From Bdellovibrionales bacterium (GTDB taxonomy: Bacteria; Bdellovibrionota; Bdellovibrionia; Bdellovibrionales; DASUEL01), in the NCBI GenBank assembly GCA_050250255.1, contig JBFWOZ010000023.1, positions 1 through 48,647 on the forward strand: a stretch of DNA of 48,647 nucleotides. The letters are read 5' to 3'. The stretch's first letter is position 1, and each line of letters starts with the position of its first letter. The notes under the pieces were generated by a model that saw only the letters and a list, made by a program, of their open reading frames with translations, ran no database searches and had not been told where the DNA came from. Shown here in pieces: positions 37,885 to 47,718 of this stretch. The position numbers and the translations under genes are program-made.

Positions 37885-39477
37885 CTACCCGTTCCCCATC
37901 ATCCGGTCCAACAGCGGTCCCGAAATCGCGACCACACTTGGTTTCGGAACGCCTTTGCCCGATGGCCAATGACTCGTCAAATTTGTGAGAGATGTCGAGG
38001 TCTCTCCTGGATGCTGAACCGAGAGAAAAATAGTTTTCTTGTCCGGAGAAAGAAAAGGACCCGCGAGCTCAGCGTCGTTTGGTGCTGAGGCAACCTGCAA
38101 AACTTTTCCGGCATGTGGCCCGTGAGCGGGGACGACGTAGAGACCGTTGTTCCCAAAACTCTCGTAAGGTTTTTTGTTCATCGAGACGCCGGAAATATCG
38201 TTCGTAATCCAGAGATTCCCTTTGGGATCGAACATCAAATTGTCAGGACAGGCGAGACCGCTAGCCGTGCCGCCTGACACAAATGTCGAAGTTTCGAATG
38301 TCATGCTGAGAGGATCTTGTTTGTTTTCTTGAAGACGTAAAAGAGAACCGAAGTGATTTCCCTTTGCGACGTTATTAGTGAGCGAAACCACAATCGACTT
38401 TGTGAGAGGGTCATATTTGATATCTTCGGGTCGATCAAGTGGAGTGCCACCAACAATTTTCGCCGCTTCACGAGTGCGTACCAAAAGTTCTGTTTGATTT
38501 TCAAAAGTCTTTTTTAGCTGCTCATTTTTCTCTCGGTCTAGAGAAATCCAATTTTTCTTTTGGATATTGGCAATATACAGAGTGCCTTTTTCAAGAGATC
38601 CAGGTTTCTCAGAAATAAATTTATAAAGACATTGATCGGCCGCATCGTCACCCATGTAAACCGCAAGACGTCCGTCGCGCGCTTCTACAACCATCGCACC
38701 TTCGTGAGCAAATCGTCCAAGGCCTACGAGTTTTTTTGCGGTGCCATCGAAGGGATTGATTTCAGTCACCCAACCGTAATGCTCAGGGGGGTATTGGAGA
38801 TGTTGATCCCAACCAAACTTCACGGAGGGCGCTACGGTTCTGACATCATTTGTATATTTGGCTTCGCCATAAAAATAGTCAGTATTCTCTTCACAAGAGA
38901 GGAAGGTATTCCAAGGAGTGACGCCTCCTCCACAATTTCCCATCGTACCAATGCATGAGGATGAACCTTGTATAGGCCCACCAACAAAAGGAATTTTTGT
39001 GAGCGCATCAAATCTTCGATTGCGAGAATCATTTTTTACAAGCTTCCACTGAGAGCCTTTTTTTTGCATTCGCACAAGACTGCCACCAACGGTTTTTTGC
39101 TCTCGTTCCATTTGTTTGGCAGTTTTTTTCAAAGTTCCCGCAGGTAGACCGTTGACGAAAAAAGGATTTGTCGACTCGTGGTTCACCCACAGGAAACCAT
39201 CATCGGTGGCACCAGGTCGTAGTGGAATAAAAGCGGTAAAATCACAGTCAAAACCAAAAGTGTCACCGCGGTCATTAATAGTATCGCCCCAACTAAAAAG
39301 AACTTCGCTTTTTAAACCCTCGACCAGTTCCAGACTGTCGCTTTTTCTTGGCTTGAGCGGTTTAAAAGCAAAGGGGTCTTTTGTGCCCGCTAAGAGTGAA
39401 AGAGGCAGGTTGGAAAGGGCTAAGCCTGCGGCATTGCGTCCCATAAACTCTAAAAACTGTCTTCGCGTTTGCATCAT
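37885..39477 (-). CDS. phoX: PhoX-family alkaline phosphatase (DUF839), Tat-exported
   Basis: TRRQFL twin-arginine signal, WVNHE, NC.GG.TPW.T.LSCEEN, YGW..E, LGRFAHE, YMGDD, DRPED, PDN, SVQHPGE. Confidence 0.9.
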   Translation of the reverse strand: MMQTRRQFLEFMGRNAAGLALSNLPLSLLAGTKDPFAFKPLKPRKSDSLELVEGLKSEVLFSWGDTINDRGDTFGFDCDFTAFIPLRPGATDDGFLWVNHESTNPFFVNGLPAGTLKKTAKQMEREQKTVGGSLVRMQKKGSQWKLVKNDSRNRRFDALTKIPFVGGPIQGSSSCIGTMGNCGGGVTPWNTFLSCEENTDYFYGEAKYTNDVRTVAPSVKFGWDQHLQYPPEHYGWVTEINPFDGTAKKLVGLGRFAHEGAMVVEARDGRLAVYMGDDAADQCLYKFISEKPGSLEKGTLYIANIQKKNWISLDREKNEQLKKTFENQTELLVRTREAAKIVGGTPLDRPEDIKYDPLTKSIVVSLTNNVAKGNHFGSLLRLQENKQDPLSMTFETSTFVSGGTASGLACPDNLMFDPKGNLWITNDISGVSMNKKPYESFGNNGLYVVPAHGPHAGKVLQVASAPNDAELAGPFLSPDKKTIFLSVQHPGETSTSLTNLTSHWPSGKGVPKPSVVAISGPLLDRMMGNG

Positions 39478-39537
39478 GACTGCACCTTATCGAACAGAAG
39501 ACTAATGCTCAATATGGATGAAGGGGAGGCTCCCATT

Positions 39538-39555
39538 CTTCATCAAAACCTGACA
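39538..39555 (+). promoter_or_regulatory. Putative Pho box upstream of phoB
   Basis: CTTCAT(39538)-CCTGAC(39549), 11 bp period, resembles the pstS half-sites. Confidence 0.45.
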
Positions 39556-39625
39556 GAAAAAGAAGTAGCTCTTAATAAAGGGATGCGAGATTATTCGTGA
39601 GATCGCTGCTGGTGTTAGGAGGCCT

Positions 39626-40324
39626 ATGAAAAATATCTTAGTTGTAGAAGACGATAACGAAATTCGTGACCTCATTGTGAGCCAACTCAAGAGCGAAGGA
39701 TATTCCGTTGAGGAGGTTTCCAGTGGAGAAATCGCTCTTCAAAAAATGCAGCAAGGACACTTTGATCTTGTGGTTTTAGATTGGATGCTGCCGGGTTTGG
39801 ACGGTCTCGCCCTCACAAAAACGTTGAAAGCAGGTGCGATCGAAAAGGCGGCGAAAATCCCTATTCTTATGGTCACCGCAAAAGCCGAAAGCGATGACAT
39901 CATTCGGGGCCTCGAATCAGGGGCAGACGACTACGTGACGAAACCTTTTGATCTTGCCGTTTTGAAAGCTCGCGTGAAAGCGCTTCTCCGACGAGGAACT
40001 GGGGAGCCAATCTCGCCTTCCACGAAAGATGAGATCCGTTTTGGCGAATTAACGATCAATGTGCGTTCACATGATGTTCATTGTCAAAATGAGCCTGTCT
40101 CTCTCACTTTAAGTGAATTTAAGTTATTAACCGCTTTGGCTCAGAACCGAGGGCGTGTTTTGACGAGAGATCAGCTCATCAACCTGATTCAGGGCGATGG
40201 AGTGGCTGTTATCGACAGAACGGTGGACACTCACGTCTTTGGTTTAAGGAAAAAGCTCGGAAGTTGCGCTGAGCTTATTGAAACCATCCGCGGGGTTGGT
40301 TATAGAATAGGTTCTGGCTCATAA
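39626..40324 (+). CDS. phoB: OmpR/PhoB-family response regulator
   Basis: ILVVEDD, LDWMLPG.DG, GADDYVTKPF, winged helix R.VD.H...LR.KL, TIRGVGY; context of pst and phoX. Confidence 0.88.
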   Translation: MKNILVVEDDNEIRDLIVSQLKSEGYSVEEVSSGEIALQKMQQGHFDLVVLDWMLPGLDGLALTKTLKAGAIEKAAKIPILMVTAKAESDDIIRGLESGADDYVTKPFDLAVLKARVKALLRRGTGEPISPSTKDEIRFGELTINVRSHDVHCQNEPVSLTLSEFKLLTALAQNRGRVLTRDQLINLIQGDGVAVIDRTVDTHVFGLRKKLGSCAELIETIRGVGYRIGSGS

Positions 40325-40349
40325 AGAGCCCTAAGGTGGTTTTCGCTTT

Positions 40350-41810
40350 TTGAAGAAGTCATTCTCTGGATCCTTTCCATGGCGCCTTTATCGTCGTCAT
40401 TTATTGACGCAAATCCTGTTTGTTTTGCCACCCTTTATTGCTTTTCTTTTCGTATTTTCACTTTTTATCGAACAGTACGCCCATAACCCCAATCCTCAAA
40501 TTCCCCTTTACCAAGTTTTTAGACAGGCTTCTTTTTGGATGGTCTTAGGTGTCAGTATTTTGTTTGTCGTTTTCCAAGCGGTTTGGGGCTTGGCGATTTT
40601 TGCTCCGCTCGGAAGAATCTTAAGAGAAGCTCAAGCTCTGGAATTTGGTACAAAACTTGAGTCGGCGGCAGAGGAGCCAGACGAATGGTTTGAGCTCCAG
40701 ACGACACTTAGAAAAATTCAAACACATAGCGAAGATGAGCGCAACGATAGTCACGGACACCAAAAAATCTTCGAAGACACACTTCAAAATTTGTTTGAGG
40801 GCGTTCTACTCATCGATCGTTCTCAAAATATTCTTTTTATGAATAAAACCTTGAGGGACTTCACCGGCTACAAAGGTTCTGTAGCTTCTGTGCGCCTACA
40901 AGACCTTTTTCGAGAGCCTGGGGTTTTACAAATTTTTGAAAAGGTCCAGAAGACCGGAGAGCTAGAACGGTTAACTCTCGAAATGCCTTTAAAAGAAAAA
41001 GAGAGTACTCACATTTTTATCCTGAGTGCTTTACCACTCAAGAAAAATGAATTGGTGACCGGTGTTGCCGGAATTTTTAATAACATTACAGAGCTTAAAA
41101 AAGCTGAACTTTTCCGTACAGACTTAGTGGCCAATGTCTCTCATGAAATTCGCACGCCGCTGACTTCACTGAAAGGTTATGCCCAAGCACTAGAGGGAGA
41201 AATTAAAAATGGGAACACGCCAACCGCAAAAAAGTATCTTGAAATTATGGGTCGTAGCTTAGACCGACTCAATCTCTTAATCAGTGATCTTTTAGATTTG
41301 TCCTCATTAGAGGGTAAGGGACAGCTACATATTGAAAAAGTGAATCCTATAAGCCTGACTGAGAGAGTTCTCACTCAGTTACAGCCCGAGATTGAAAAAC
41401 GCCAGCAGACAGTTGTTAAAAATTTTCTCGTAGAGAAGGTCACTTGTGACTCCAGTCGCGTGGAGCAAGTGCTCCTCAATATTCTTCAAAACGCGATTCG
41501 TTATATTCCCGAAAAAAGTCAGATTGAAATTTCTTGGGAACCGGCATCTCGCGGGGTGGTTCTTAAAATAAAAGATAATGGTCCTGGAATTGCCAAAGAA
41601 CATTTGCCAAGATTGTTTGAACGTTTTTATCGTGCGGATAAGGCTCGCTCTCCTGACAAAGGAGGCACCGGCTTAGGCCTCGCGATTGTAAAACACATCA
41701 TGCAGCGGCATGGTGGGACCGTGGCTGTAGAAAGCGAATTAGGGCAAGGAACACTTTTTACATGTTGGTTTCCGCTGGTCGAAGAGGAAAGGATGAAAAT
41801 ATGGAGCTAA
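40350..41810 (+). CDS. phoR: PhoR-like sensor histidine kinase (2 TM, PAS, HisKA, HATPase)
   Basis: [13 protein letters not shown]...[38 protein letters not shown] start uncertain. Confidence 0.88.
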   Translation: MKKSFSGSFPWRLYRRHLLTQILFVLPPFIAFLFVFSLFIEQYAHNPNPQIPLYQVFRQASFWMVLGVSILFVVFQAVWGLAIFAPLGRILREAQALEFGTKLESAAEEPDEWFELQTTLRKIQTHSEDERNDSHGHQKIFEDTLQNLFEGVLLIDRSQNILFMNKTLRDFTGYKGSVASVRLQDLFREPGVLQIFEKVQKTGELERLTLEMPLKEKESTHIFILSALPLKKNELVTGVAGIFNNITELKKAELFRTDLVANVSHEIRTPLTSLKGYAQALEGEIKNGNTPTAKKYLEIMGRSLDRLNLLISDLLDLSSLEGKGQLHIEKVNPISLTERVLTQLQPEIEKRQQTVVKNFLVEKVTCDSSRVEQVLLNILQNAIRYIPEKSQIEISWEPASRGVVLKIKDNGPGIAKEHLPRLFERFYRADKARSPDKGGTGLGLAIVKHIMQRHGGTVAVESELGQGTLFTCWFPLVEEERMKIWS

Positions 41811-43729
41811 TTCCAGTCAAAGATCTTTTTAAGAAAAAAACTTGGTGTGATGAAGCGACTTATAAATCAATGTACAAAAAGTCCATTGAAAATCCTGAAG
41901 AATTTTGGGGTGAGCAAGCGAAGCGTTTAGATTGGATGAAGCCTTGGACCAAAGTAAAAGAGGCAAGTTTCGATAATCCCGTCAGCATCAAATGGTTTTT
42001 GGACGGGAAACTCAACGTTTCTGTGAATTGTATCGATCGACATCTTCCTCAGCGCGCCAAACAGGTTGCACTCATTTGGGAACCGGATAATCCTCAGCAA
42101 GAACCGCTTAAAATTACTTATGAAGAGCTTCATAAACACGTTTGTCAGGTGACCCATACTTTTAAAAGCATGGGCATTAAAAAGGGGGATCGAGTTACGA
42201 TTTATATGCCGATGATTCCCGAAGCGGTCTACGCGATGCTTGCTTGCACCCGTATGGGTGCGATTCACTCGGTGGTTTTTGGCGGATTTTCTCCTGATTC
42301 TATTGCGGGTCGAATTCAAGATTGCGAGAGCGAATTTGTTATCACTGCTGACGAGGGTGTGCGAGCTGGTAAAATTATTCCTTTAAAAAGAAATGTGGAT
42401 GAGGCCTTAAAAAAATGTCCTCAGGTCAAAAAAGTCTTAGTCGTTCGCCATACGGGGAACCAAGTTCCATGGAATGATTCGCGTGATCTCTGGTACCACG
42501 ATGTGGTTCCAAAACAAAAAGAGAACTTCGAACCAGAAGTCATGGATTCAGAAGATCCCATGTTCATTCTTTACACCTCTGGTTCAACGAACAAACCTAA
42601 AGGTGTGTTGCATACTACTGGTGGATATCTACTCCACACCGCAATGACTCACCAATATGTTTTTGATTATCACGATGGAGATATTTACTGGTGTACGGCG
42701 GATGTGGGTTGGGTGACCGGTCACAGTTATATTATCTACGGGCCTCTTGCGAATGGTGCGACAACGTTGATCTTTGAGGGCGTACCGAATTACCCGGATA
42801 CTTCTCGTTTCTGGCAGGTGATTGATCGTCATCAAGTAAACATTTTTTATACCGCACCGACTGCGATTCGAGCGCTCATGAAAGAAGGCGAAGTGCCGGT
42901 TAAAAAAACCTCTCGAAAAAGTTTACGACTTCTTGGCAGTGTAGGAGAGCCTATCAATCCTGAAGCTTGGCTATGGTATTACAATGTCGTTGGGGACGCT
43001 CGCTGTCCTGTTGTCGATACTTGGTGGCAAACCGAAACGGGTGGAATTCTTATTTCTCCACTCCCTGGAGCGATTGCGCAAAAGCCAGGTTCTGCAACAC
43101 TTCCATTTTTTGGTGTGAAGCCCGCCATTGTGGATGCTGAGGGCAAAACGTTGGCCGGAGCGTGTGAGGGGCAACTTGTGATTGAAGATTCTTGGCCTGG
43201 GCAAATGCGTACAGTTTATCGGGACCACGAGCGCTTTTATGAAACCTATTTTGCGACTTACAAAGGAAAATACTTTACCGGTGATGGGTGTCGTCGGGAT
43301 GAAGATGGATATTACTGGATCACGGGCCGGGTCGATGATGTGATCAATGTCTCGGGTCATCGATTAGGAACAGCGGAGATCGAAAGCGCGCTCGTAGATG
43401 ATAAACGTGTCGCCGAAGCGGCAGTGGTCGGTTACCCTCATGATGTGAAGGGGCAAGGCATTTATGCTTACGTCACTCTAAAAGAGGGCGTTCAAGAAAG
43501 CGACGAATTAAAGAAAGAATTAGTTCAAGGAGTGAGAAAATTAATAGGACCTATTGCTACACCAGATGTGATTCAATGGGCGCCGGGCCTTCCTAAAACG
43601 CGTTCTGGAAAAATCATGAGAAGGATTCTTCGAAAGATTGCGGCTTCAGAATTTGAAAACCTAGGTGATATATCAACTCTCGCGGATCCAGCCGTGGTGA
43701 ACAACCTTATTGAAGGACGAAACAAGTGA
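41801..43729 (+). CDS. acs: Acetyl-CoA synthetase
   Basis: [64 protein letters not shown] 41801 overlaps the phoR end. Confidence 0.96.
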   Translation: MELIPVKDLFKKKTWCDEATYKSMYKKSIENPEEFWGEQAKRLDWMKPWTKVKEASFDNPVSIKWFLDGKLNVSVNCIDRHLPQRAKQVALIWEPDNPQQEPLKITYEELHKHVCQVTHTFKSMGIKKGDRVTIYMPMIPEAVYAMLACTRMGAIHSVVFGGFSPDSIAGRIQDCESEFVITADEGVRAGKIIPLKRNVDEALKKCPQVKKVLVVRHTGNQVPWNDSRDLWYHDVVPKQKENFEPEVMDSEDPMFILYTSGSTNKPKGVLHTTGGYLLHTAMTHQYVFDYHDGDIYWCTADVGWVTGHSYIIYGPLANGATTLIFEGVPNYPDTSRFWQVIDRHQVNIFYTAPTAIRALMKEGEVPVKKTSRKSLRLLGSVGEPINPEAWLWYYNVVGDARCPVVDTWWQTETGGILISPLPGAIAQKPGSATLPFFGVKPAIVDAEGKTLAGACEGQLVIEDSWPGQMRTVYRDHERFYETYFATYKGKYFTGDGCRRDEDGYYWITGRVDDVINVSGHRLGTAEIESALVDDKRVAEAAVVGYPHDVKGQGIYAYVTLKEGVQESDELKKELVQGVRKLIGPIATPDVIQWAPGLPKTRSGKIMRRILRKIAASEFENLGDISTLADPAVVNNLIEGRNK

Positions 43730-44235
43730 AACAAGAAACTTTAGATATTGGATGTGGTCCATATTGCCTACCGGATGCTGTAGGAATTGATATTCGTTCT
43801 TACCCAGGAGTGAGTGTTGTGCACGACATGAATCAGGCTCCATGGCCTATTCAAGAAAATCAATTTCGCCAAATTCGCTGTCAGCATGTCATCGAACACA
43901 TTGCGAATCTCGAGGCATTAACAAAAGAAATATTTCGTTTAAGTCAAAATGGAGCACGAGTCGATTTTATCACCCCCCACTACAGTTCGTATGCAAGTTG
44001 GGGGGATCCAACACATCTTCATCATTTTGCTTTGGGATCTATACCTCAATTGTTCGATATGATCTTGGGAGCTGGGAAATTTCGTGTGTTGAAAAATGAA
44101 ATTCGTTTTTCTGGATCTGGGCTCGATTTATTTGGATGGCTTATCTATAAAGTTTCAAAGAAGAAGTATGAAAAACATTTTGCCTGGATTTTTCCGGCAA
44201 ACGAAATTCATACGAGTATTGAGATTATTAAATAG
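43726..44235 (+). CDS. Small class I SAM-dependent methyltransferase-like protein
   Basis: LDIGCG, VGID, VHD....PWP, HVIEH, TPH......DPTH; GTGA overlap with acs. Confidence 0.75.
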   Translation: MKQETLDIGCGPYCLPDAVGIDIRSYPGVSVVHDMNQAPWPIQENQFRQIRCQHVIEHIANLEALTKEIFRLSQNGARVDFITPHYSSYASWGDPTHLHHFALGSIPQLFDMILGAGKFRVLKNEIRFSGSGLDLFGWLIYKVSKKKYEKHFAWIFPANEIHTSIEIIK

Positions 44236-44237
44236 TT

Positions 44238-45815
44238 TTAGTACATCCAGCCAGAGAGCATTTTCTCTGTAATAAATTGATATTTTAAAGGAACTTTTTC
44301 TTTGGTTTCCTGAGGAAAGAAAATGCTGAAGCGAAAGTGCTCCGCCAAATCTTCTGAAGGGTCAATTTTCGCATAATCTATCATGAAATTTGTGGACGCC
44401 TCATTGTTCAAAGAGAAATGGCCTTTGATGTTCCATGTCTGAGGCTCAATGCTTTTAATAAAACTCATAGGGAAAATAGTGCGGGCCATTTCGTAAGGCT
44501 TATATCGCCAATCCCCCAAGCGTGTCCACTCAAGGCTTGTTGAAAGACCCCACTTAAAATCAGAAGGTGCAGCCGCTGGTCCGAAAGCATGATCGGCTTG
44601 AATTGGCATGCTGCTATCGAAAGCGTGAGCTATTTCATGAGCGATTTTTGACCTACGCATTTTTATCAATCCAGGATCAATTTTTTGTGGATAAAGAAAT
44701 TTATTAATAATGATAATTCCAGGACGATTGTTCATCGTGTGAAACATAGGTGCGAGGGAGTACATTCCATCAACGACCATAGTGGACCTCTCAACTCCCA
44801 GCGCAGCTTCGGGATCGGAAGAGATAAAAAAAGCATACAGCTTTTTCATTCCTTGAAAGTGTGGGGGAAGCACCCAGAGAGTTTCAGTAATATCTTGAAT
44901 AGCATCGATGTCAGGTATTTTAAATTGCATTCGACGATGCTGGTAGACTTCTCGTTTTTGTTCACGGGTCGTAATAGACCCAGAGTCTTCGGAAATTTTC
45001 TGTAGAGTCGAATCAGTCGTATATTTAAAATCTTCCAGTTGGGCATCACTGAAATCATAAAAATGTTTAGGAACCATAAACGGAATCATGTATTTATTAA
45101 AATAGTAATTAAAGAGAACTAAGTGGGCTGCGTTTTCAGCATCTTGCCATTGCGCTTGAGTCGGTTCAGAGCTTGGAGATAGGATAAGGCTCGCTAACGC
45201 GCACAAAACGTTTGAGCAAGGTTGACCCGAGATATCTTGAGCCGTTACGAGTTCAATACCGGGAATAGAATCTCCACCAATTTCCACGTCGACAAAGTAT
45301 TCGTTGATGGATTCCACCTCACCGTAACTTTTTATCCGTAGCGGAACTTGAGCTGTACCTTTTTTGGAAGTTAAGTTGATAAAGGTTTGGATGAAAGACT
45401 CTGACTCATCTTTAAAATGAACAGGTGCTCTGCCACCGAAGAAAACTTCTTGGGATTTTTTATGATCAGTACTTCTTAATTTTTCTAACCAGAGCTTAAC
45501 TGCTGGAAAAGAAAAAGGGAGGCGCTGGTTTTGTGCTTTACGGATTTCATATTCAATTTCTTTTGCTTGGAGAGAAATCGGCGGATCATGGATGATTCCA
45601 AGTTCAGACCAAACTTTTTGGTAATCAATATTAGCAGTTTGTTTTTGCTCCTCGGGTAGTTTTTGTTTTGTTTCTTGAGCTGGTGTTTTCCACTGTGCCT
45701 GTCCTTGTGTCATCTGTACAGGGACAGCTTGAGGTTTCGAACAAGCAATAAGCACGAGGACGTGGCCTATGAATAGAATGGTTTTAATAGAAAAAATAGG
45801 AGCTCTACGTGCCAT
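44238..45815 (-). CDS. Lipoprotein with C-terminal HExxH zinc metallopeptidase domain
   Basis: Lipobox LIAC, AHEIAH, distal YAKIDPSEDLAE; start ATG 45815. Confidence 0.68.
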   Translation of the reverse strand: MARRAPIFSIKTILFIGHVLVLIACSKPQAVPVQMTQGQAQWKTPAQETKQKLPEEQKQTANIDYQKVWSELGIIHDPPISLQAKEIEYEIRKAQNQRLPFSFPAVKLWLEKLRSTDHKKSQEVFFGGRAPVHFKDESESFIQTFINLTSKKGTAQVPLRIKSYGEVESINEYFVDVEIGGDSIPGIELVTAQDISGQPCSNVLCALASLILSPSSEPTQAQWQDAENAAHLVLFNYYFNKYMIPFMVPKHFYDFSDAQLEDFKYTTDSTLQKISEDSGSITTREQKREVYQHRRMQFKIPDIDAIQDITETLWVLPPHFQGMKKLYAFFISSDPEAALGVERSTMVVDGMYSLAPMFHTMNNRPGIIIINKFLYPQKIDPGLIKMRRSKIAHEIAHAFDSSMPIQADHAFGPAAAPSDFKWGLSTSLEWTRLGDWRYKPYEMARTIFPMSFIKSIEPQTWNIKGHFSLNNEASTNFMIDYAKIDPSEDLAEHFRFSIFFPQETKEKVPLKYQFITEKMLSGWMY

Positions 45816-46011
45816 GAGCTTGGACAATACAAAGCCTATTCCCTTTAAATAAAGATGCGACGACGATTTAAAGGCTATACCTATTCTAAATGAAGAAACC
45901 TATAGGAAAAATCTTCCATAACATGCCGTATTTGGGCCATTAGGTTTTGTCTTAAAACCCATAAAAAGTTAAGAGTCCTGACCTTGGATTTTGTATCAAA
46001 CTGAAGCAGGT

Positions 46012-46038
46012 TGAACGAGTTTCAGCATATGCCGATAA
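46012..46038 (+). promoter_or_regulatory. Putative sigma28 (FliA) promoter
   Basis: TGAA-N15-GCCGATAA (perfect -10), 6 nt before ATG 46045. Confidence 0.55.
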
Positions 46039-46044
46039 GAGTGT

Positions 46045-46338
46045 ATGCGTGCAAGACTCTTAGTTTTATGTTTGTTACTTTCGCTCATCGCCTTTTCAGG
46101 GAATGGATCGCAAAACCGTCTATTCGTTCACAAAAAAAAGGCTACAATTAAAGGCGCTAATAAAGTCAACGCAAAGGATTCCGTAAAGAAAAAAGTCATT
46201 CAAGCTAAGCTTGCGAAGAGTTTAGAGAAGAAAAAAATATTAACTGCAGAGAGAAAACTTCTTAACAAAAAAATCGCAAATCTAAAAAAGAAAATGGAAT
46301 CTAAAAAGCGAGAAATCGCGAGCGATCCCGTTCAATAA
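46045..46338 (+). CDS. Small secreted Lys-rich protein
   Basis: Signal-like N-terminus, very Lys-rich helix, C-terminal REIAS. Confidence 0.6.
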   Translation: MRARLLVLCLLLSLIAFSGNGSQNRLFVHKKKATIKGANKVNAKDSVKKKVIQAKLAKSLEKKKILTAERKLLNKKIANLKKKMESKKREIASDPVQ

Positions 46339-46370
46339 GTCTCTGTCGAACTTCTTAACACTCTTGTATT

Positions 46371-47147
46371 TTAAATCTCTTTTACAAATTGAGCGCGTTT
46401 GAATCGAATGCGAGGTCCGTAAACGCCTTTTGAAGATCGCTTGCCAGCGCCGATGACCATGGTTACGAAAGCATCGCTCTCAAGAGGGATAATTTTTCGA
46501 AGCCTTGCGGAATCGTATCCTTCCATTGGGCAGCTATCAAATCCGTGGGCACGAAATGCGAGCATGAGATTTTCTGCGGCAAGACTGCAAGATTTTACCG
46601 CCCAGATCTTCATATCGGATTCGCTCATGGGTTCGCGGGGGATGGGGCGCTTAAAACCTATAAAGAAAGCTGCAACCTTCTTTAAAAAGCCGAATAAATT
46701 TAATGGGCCCATGTTGTACGCGACAGGAACTAATTTTTCGTAGTAAGCCAGTGCAGATTTAGGAACTTTGTCGCCTTGTCTTTGAAATTCGCGAAGCATT
46801 TGTTGGCGTGTGATCTTCCAAGCTTTGGTTCGTGCCACGCAAACAATAAGAATGTCCGCAGTGCGCGCGGCCGGTTGAGAAAAACAAGCTTCCACTAATT
46901 TTTGTTTTTTCTCAGGGGTTTTGACCCAATAAAATTCCCAAGGTTGAAGATTGGAAGAGTTGGGGGCCAAAAGCGCCATATCGATACAGTCATTCACGAC
47001 CGTTTCGGGAATGGGTGTGCCGTCAAAAACACGAATGCTTCTTCGGGACATAACCACTTTACGAAATTCTTCCACATTGACGATGGGAGCCGGCTCGCGC
47101 CAGTCAATGTCTGGGATTTTCGTAAAAATATCTGTATCGATTTCCAT
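46371..47147 (-). CDS. Nitroreductase family protein
   Basis: SRRSIRVF, AP.SSNLQPW.F, C.SQ, A..NLMLA..A.G.DSCPMEG. Confidence 0.9.
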   Translation of the reverse strand: MEIDTDIFTKIPDIDWREPAPIVNVEEFRKVVMSRRSIRVFDGTPIPETVVNDCIDMALLAPNSSNLQPWEFYWVKTPEKKQKLVEACFSQPAARTADILIVCVARTKAWKITRQQMLREFQRQGDKVPKSALAYYEKLVPVAYNMGPLNLFGFLKKVAAFFIGFKRPIPREPMSESDMKIWAVKSCSLAAENLMLAFRAHGFDSCPMEGYDSARLRKIIPLESDAFVTMVIGAGKRSSKGVYGPRIRFKRAQFVKEI

Positions 47148-47149
47148 GT

Positions 47150-47635
47150 TTAGTCCCTGAAGTTATTAAATTGAAGGGGAATCTCGATGTCGCTTGATTT
47201 GAGAAACGTCATACACTCCTGAAGCTCATCGCGACTTTTTGATGTCACCCGAATGGATTCATCCTGAATTTGTGCCTGCACCTTCAATTTCGAATCTCTA
47301 ATTTTTTTTGTAATCGTTTTAGCGAGTTCTTTTTCGATCCCCTGTATGAGAGTCGCCTTTCTTCGAAGCATCATTCCGCCGATGGCCTCTTGATCCTCAA
47401 ATTTGATGGAGCGGATGTCGATACCTCTTTTGTGAAGCTTACTTTGAAGAATATCTTTAACGGCATTGAGTTTATATTCGTCATCGCCCACAACAGCGAG
47501 AGTTTTTTTATCCCACTGAATTTCGGCTTTGCTGCCTTTAAGGTCGTAACGGGCCGTCAGCTCTTTTTTTGCGTGATTGATGGCGTTTTCGACTTCTTGC
47601 ATGTTGAGTTCTGAAACAATATCAAAGCTTGGCAT
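47150..47635 (-). CDS. yajQ: YajQ family nucleotide/c-di-GMP-binding protein
   Basis: MPSFDIVS, E..NA, RYD.KG, GI....AK.I.K.I.DSKLKVQA.IQ, RV..K.RD.LQ, LQF.NFRD. Confidence 0.95.
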   Translation of the reverse strand: MPSFDIVSELNMQEVENAINHAKKELTARYDLKGSKAEIQWDKKTLAVVGDDEYKLNAVKDILQSKLHKRGIDIRSIKFEDQEAIGGMMLRRKATLIQGIEKELAKTITKKIRDSKLKVQAQIQDESIRVTSKSRDELQECMTFLKSSDIEIPLQFNNFRD

Positions 47636-47718
47636 AGGCCAGGAATATAGCCGGTTCTTGCCTATGGACTCAACGTTTTTATTGCTTCTCTAGGGGAAGA
47701 TCAGTACTGCTGAAGTCT

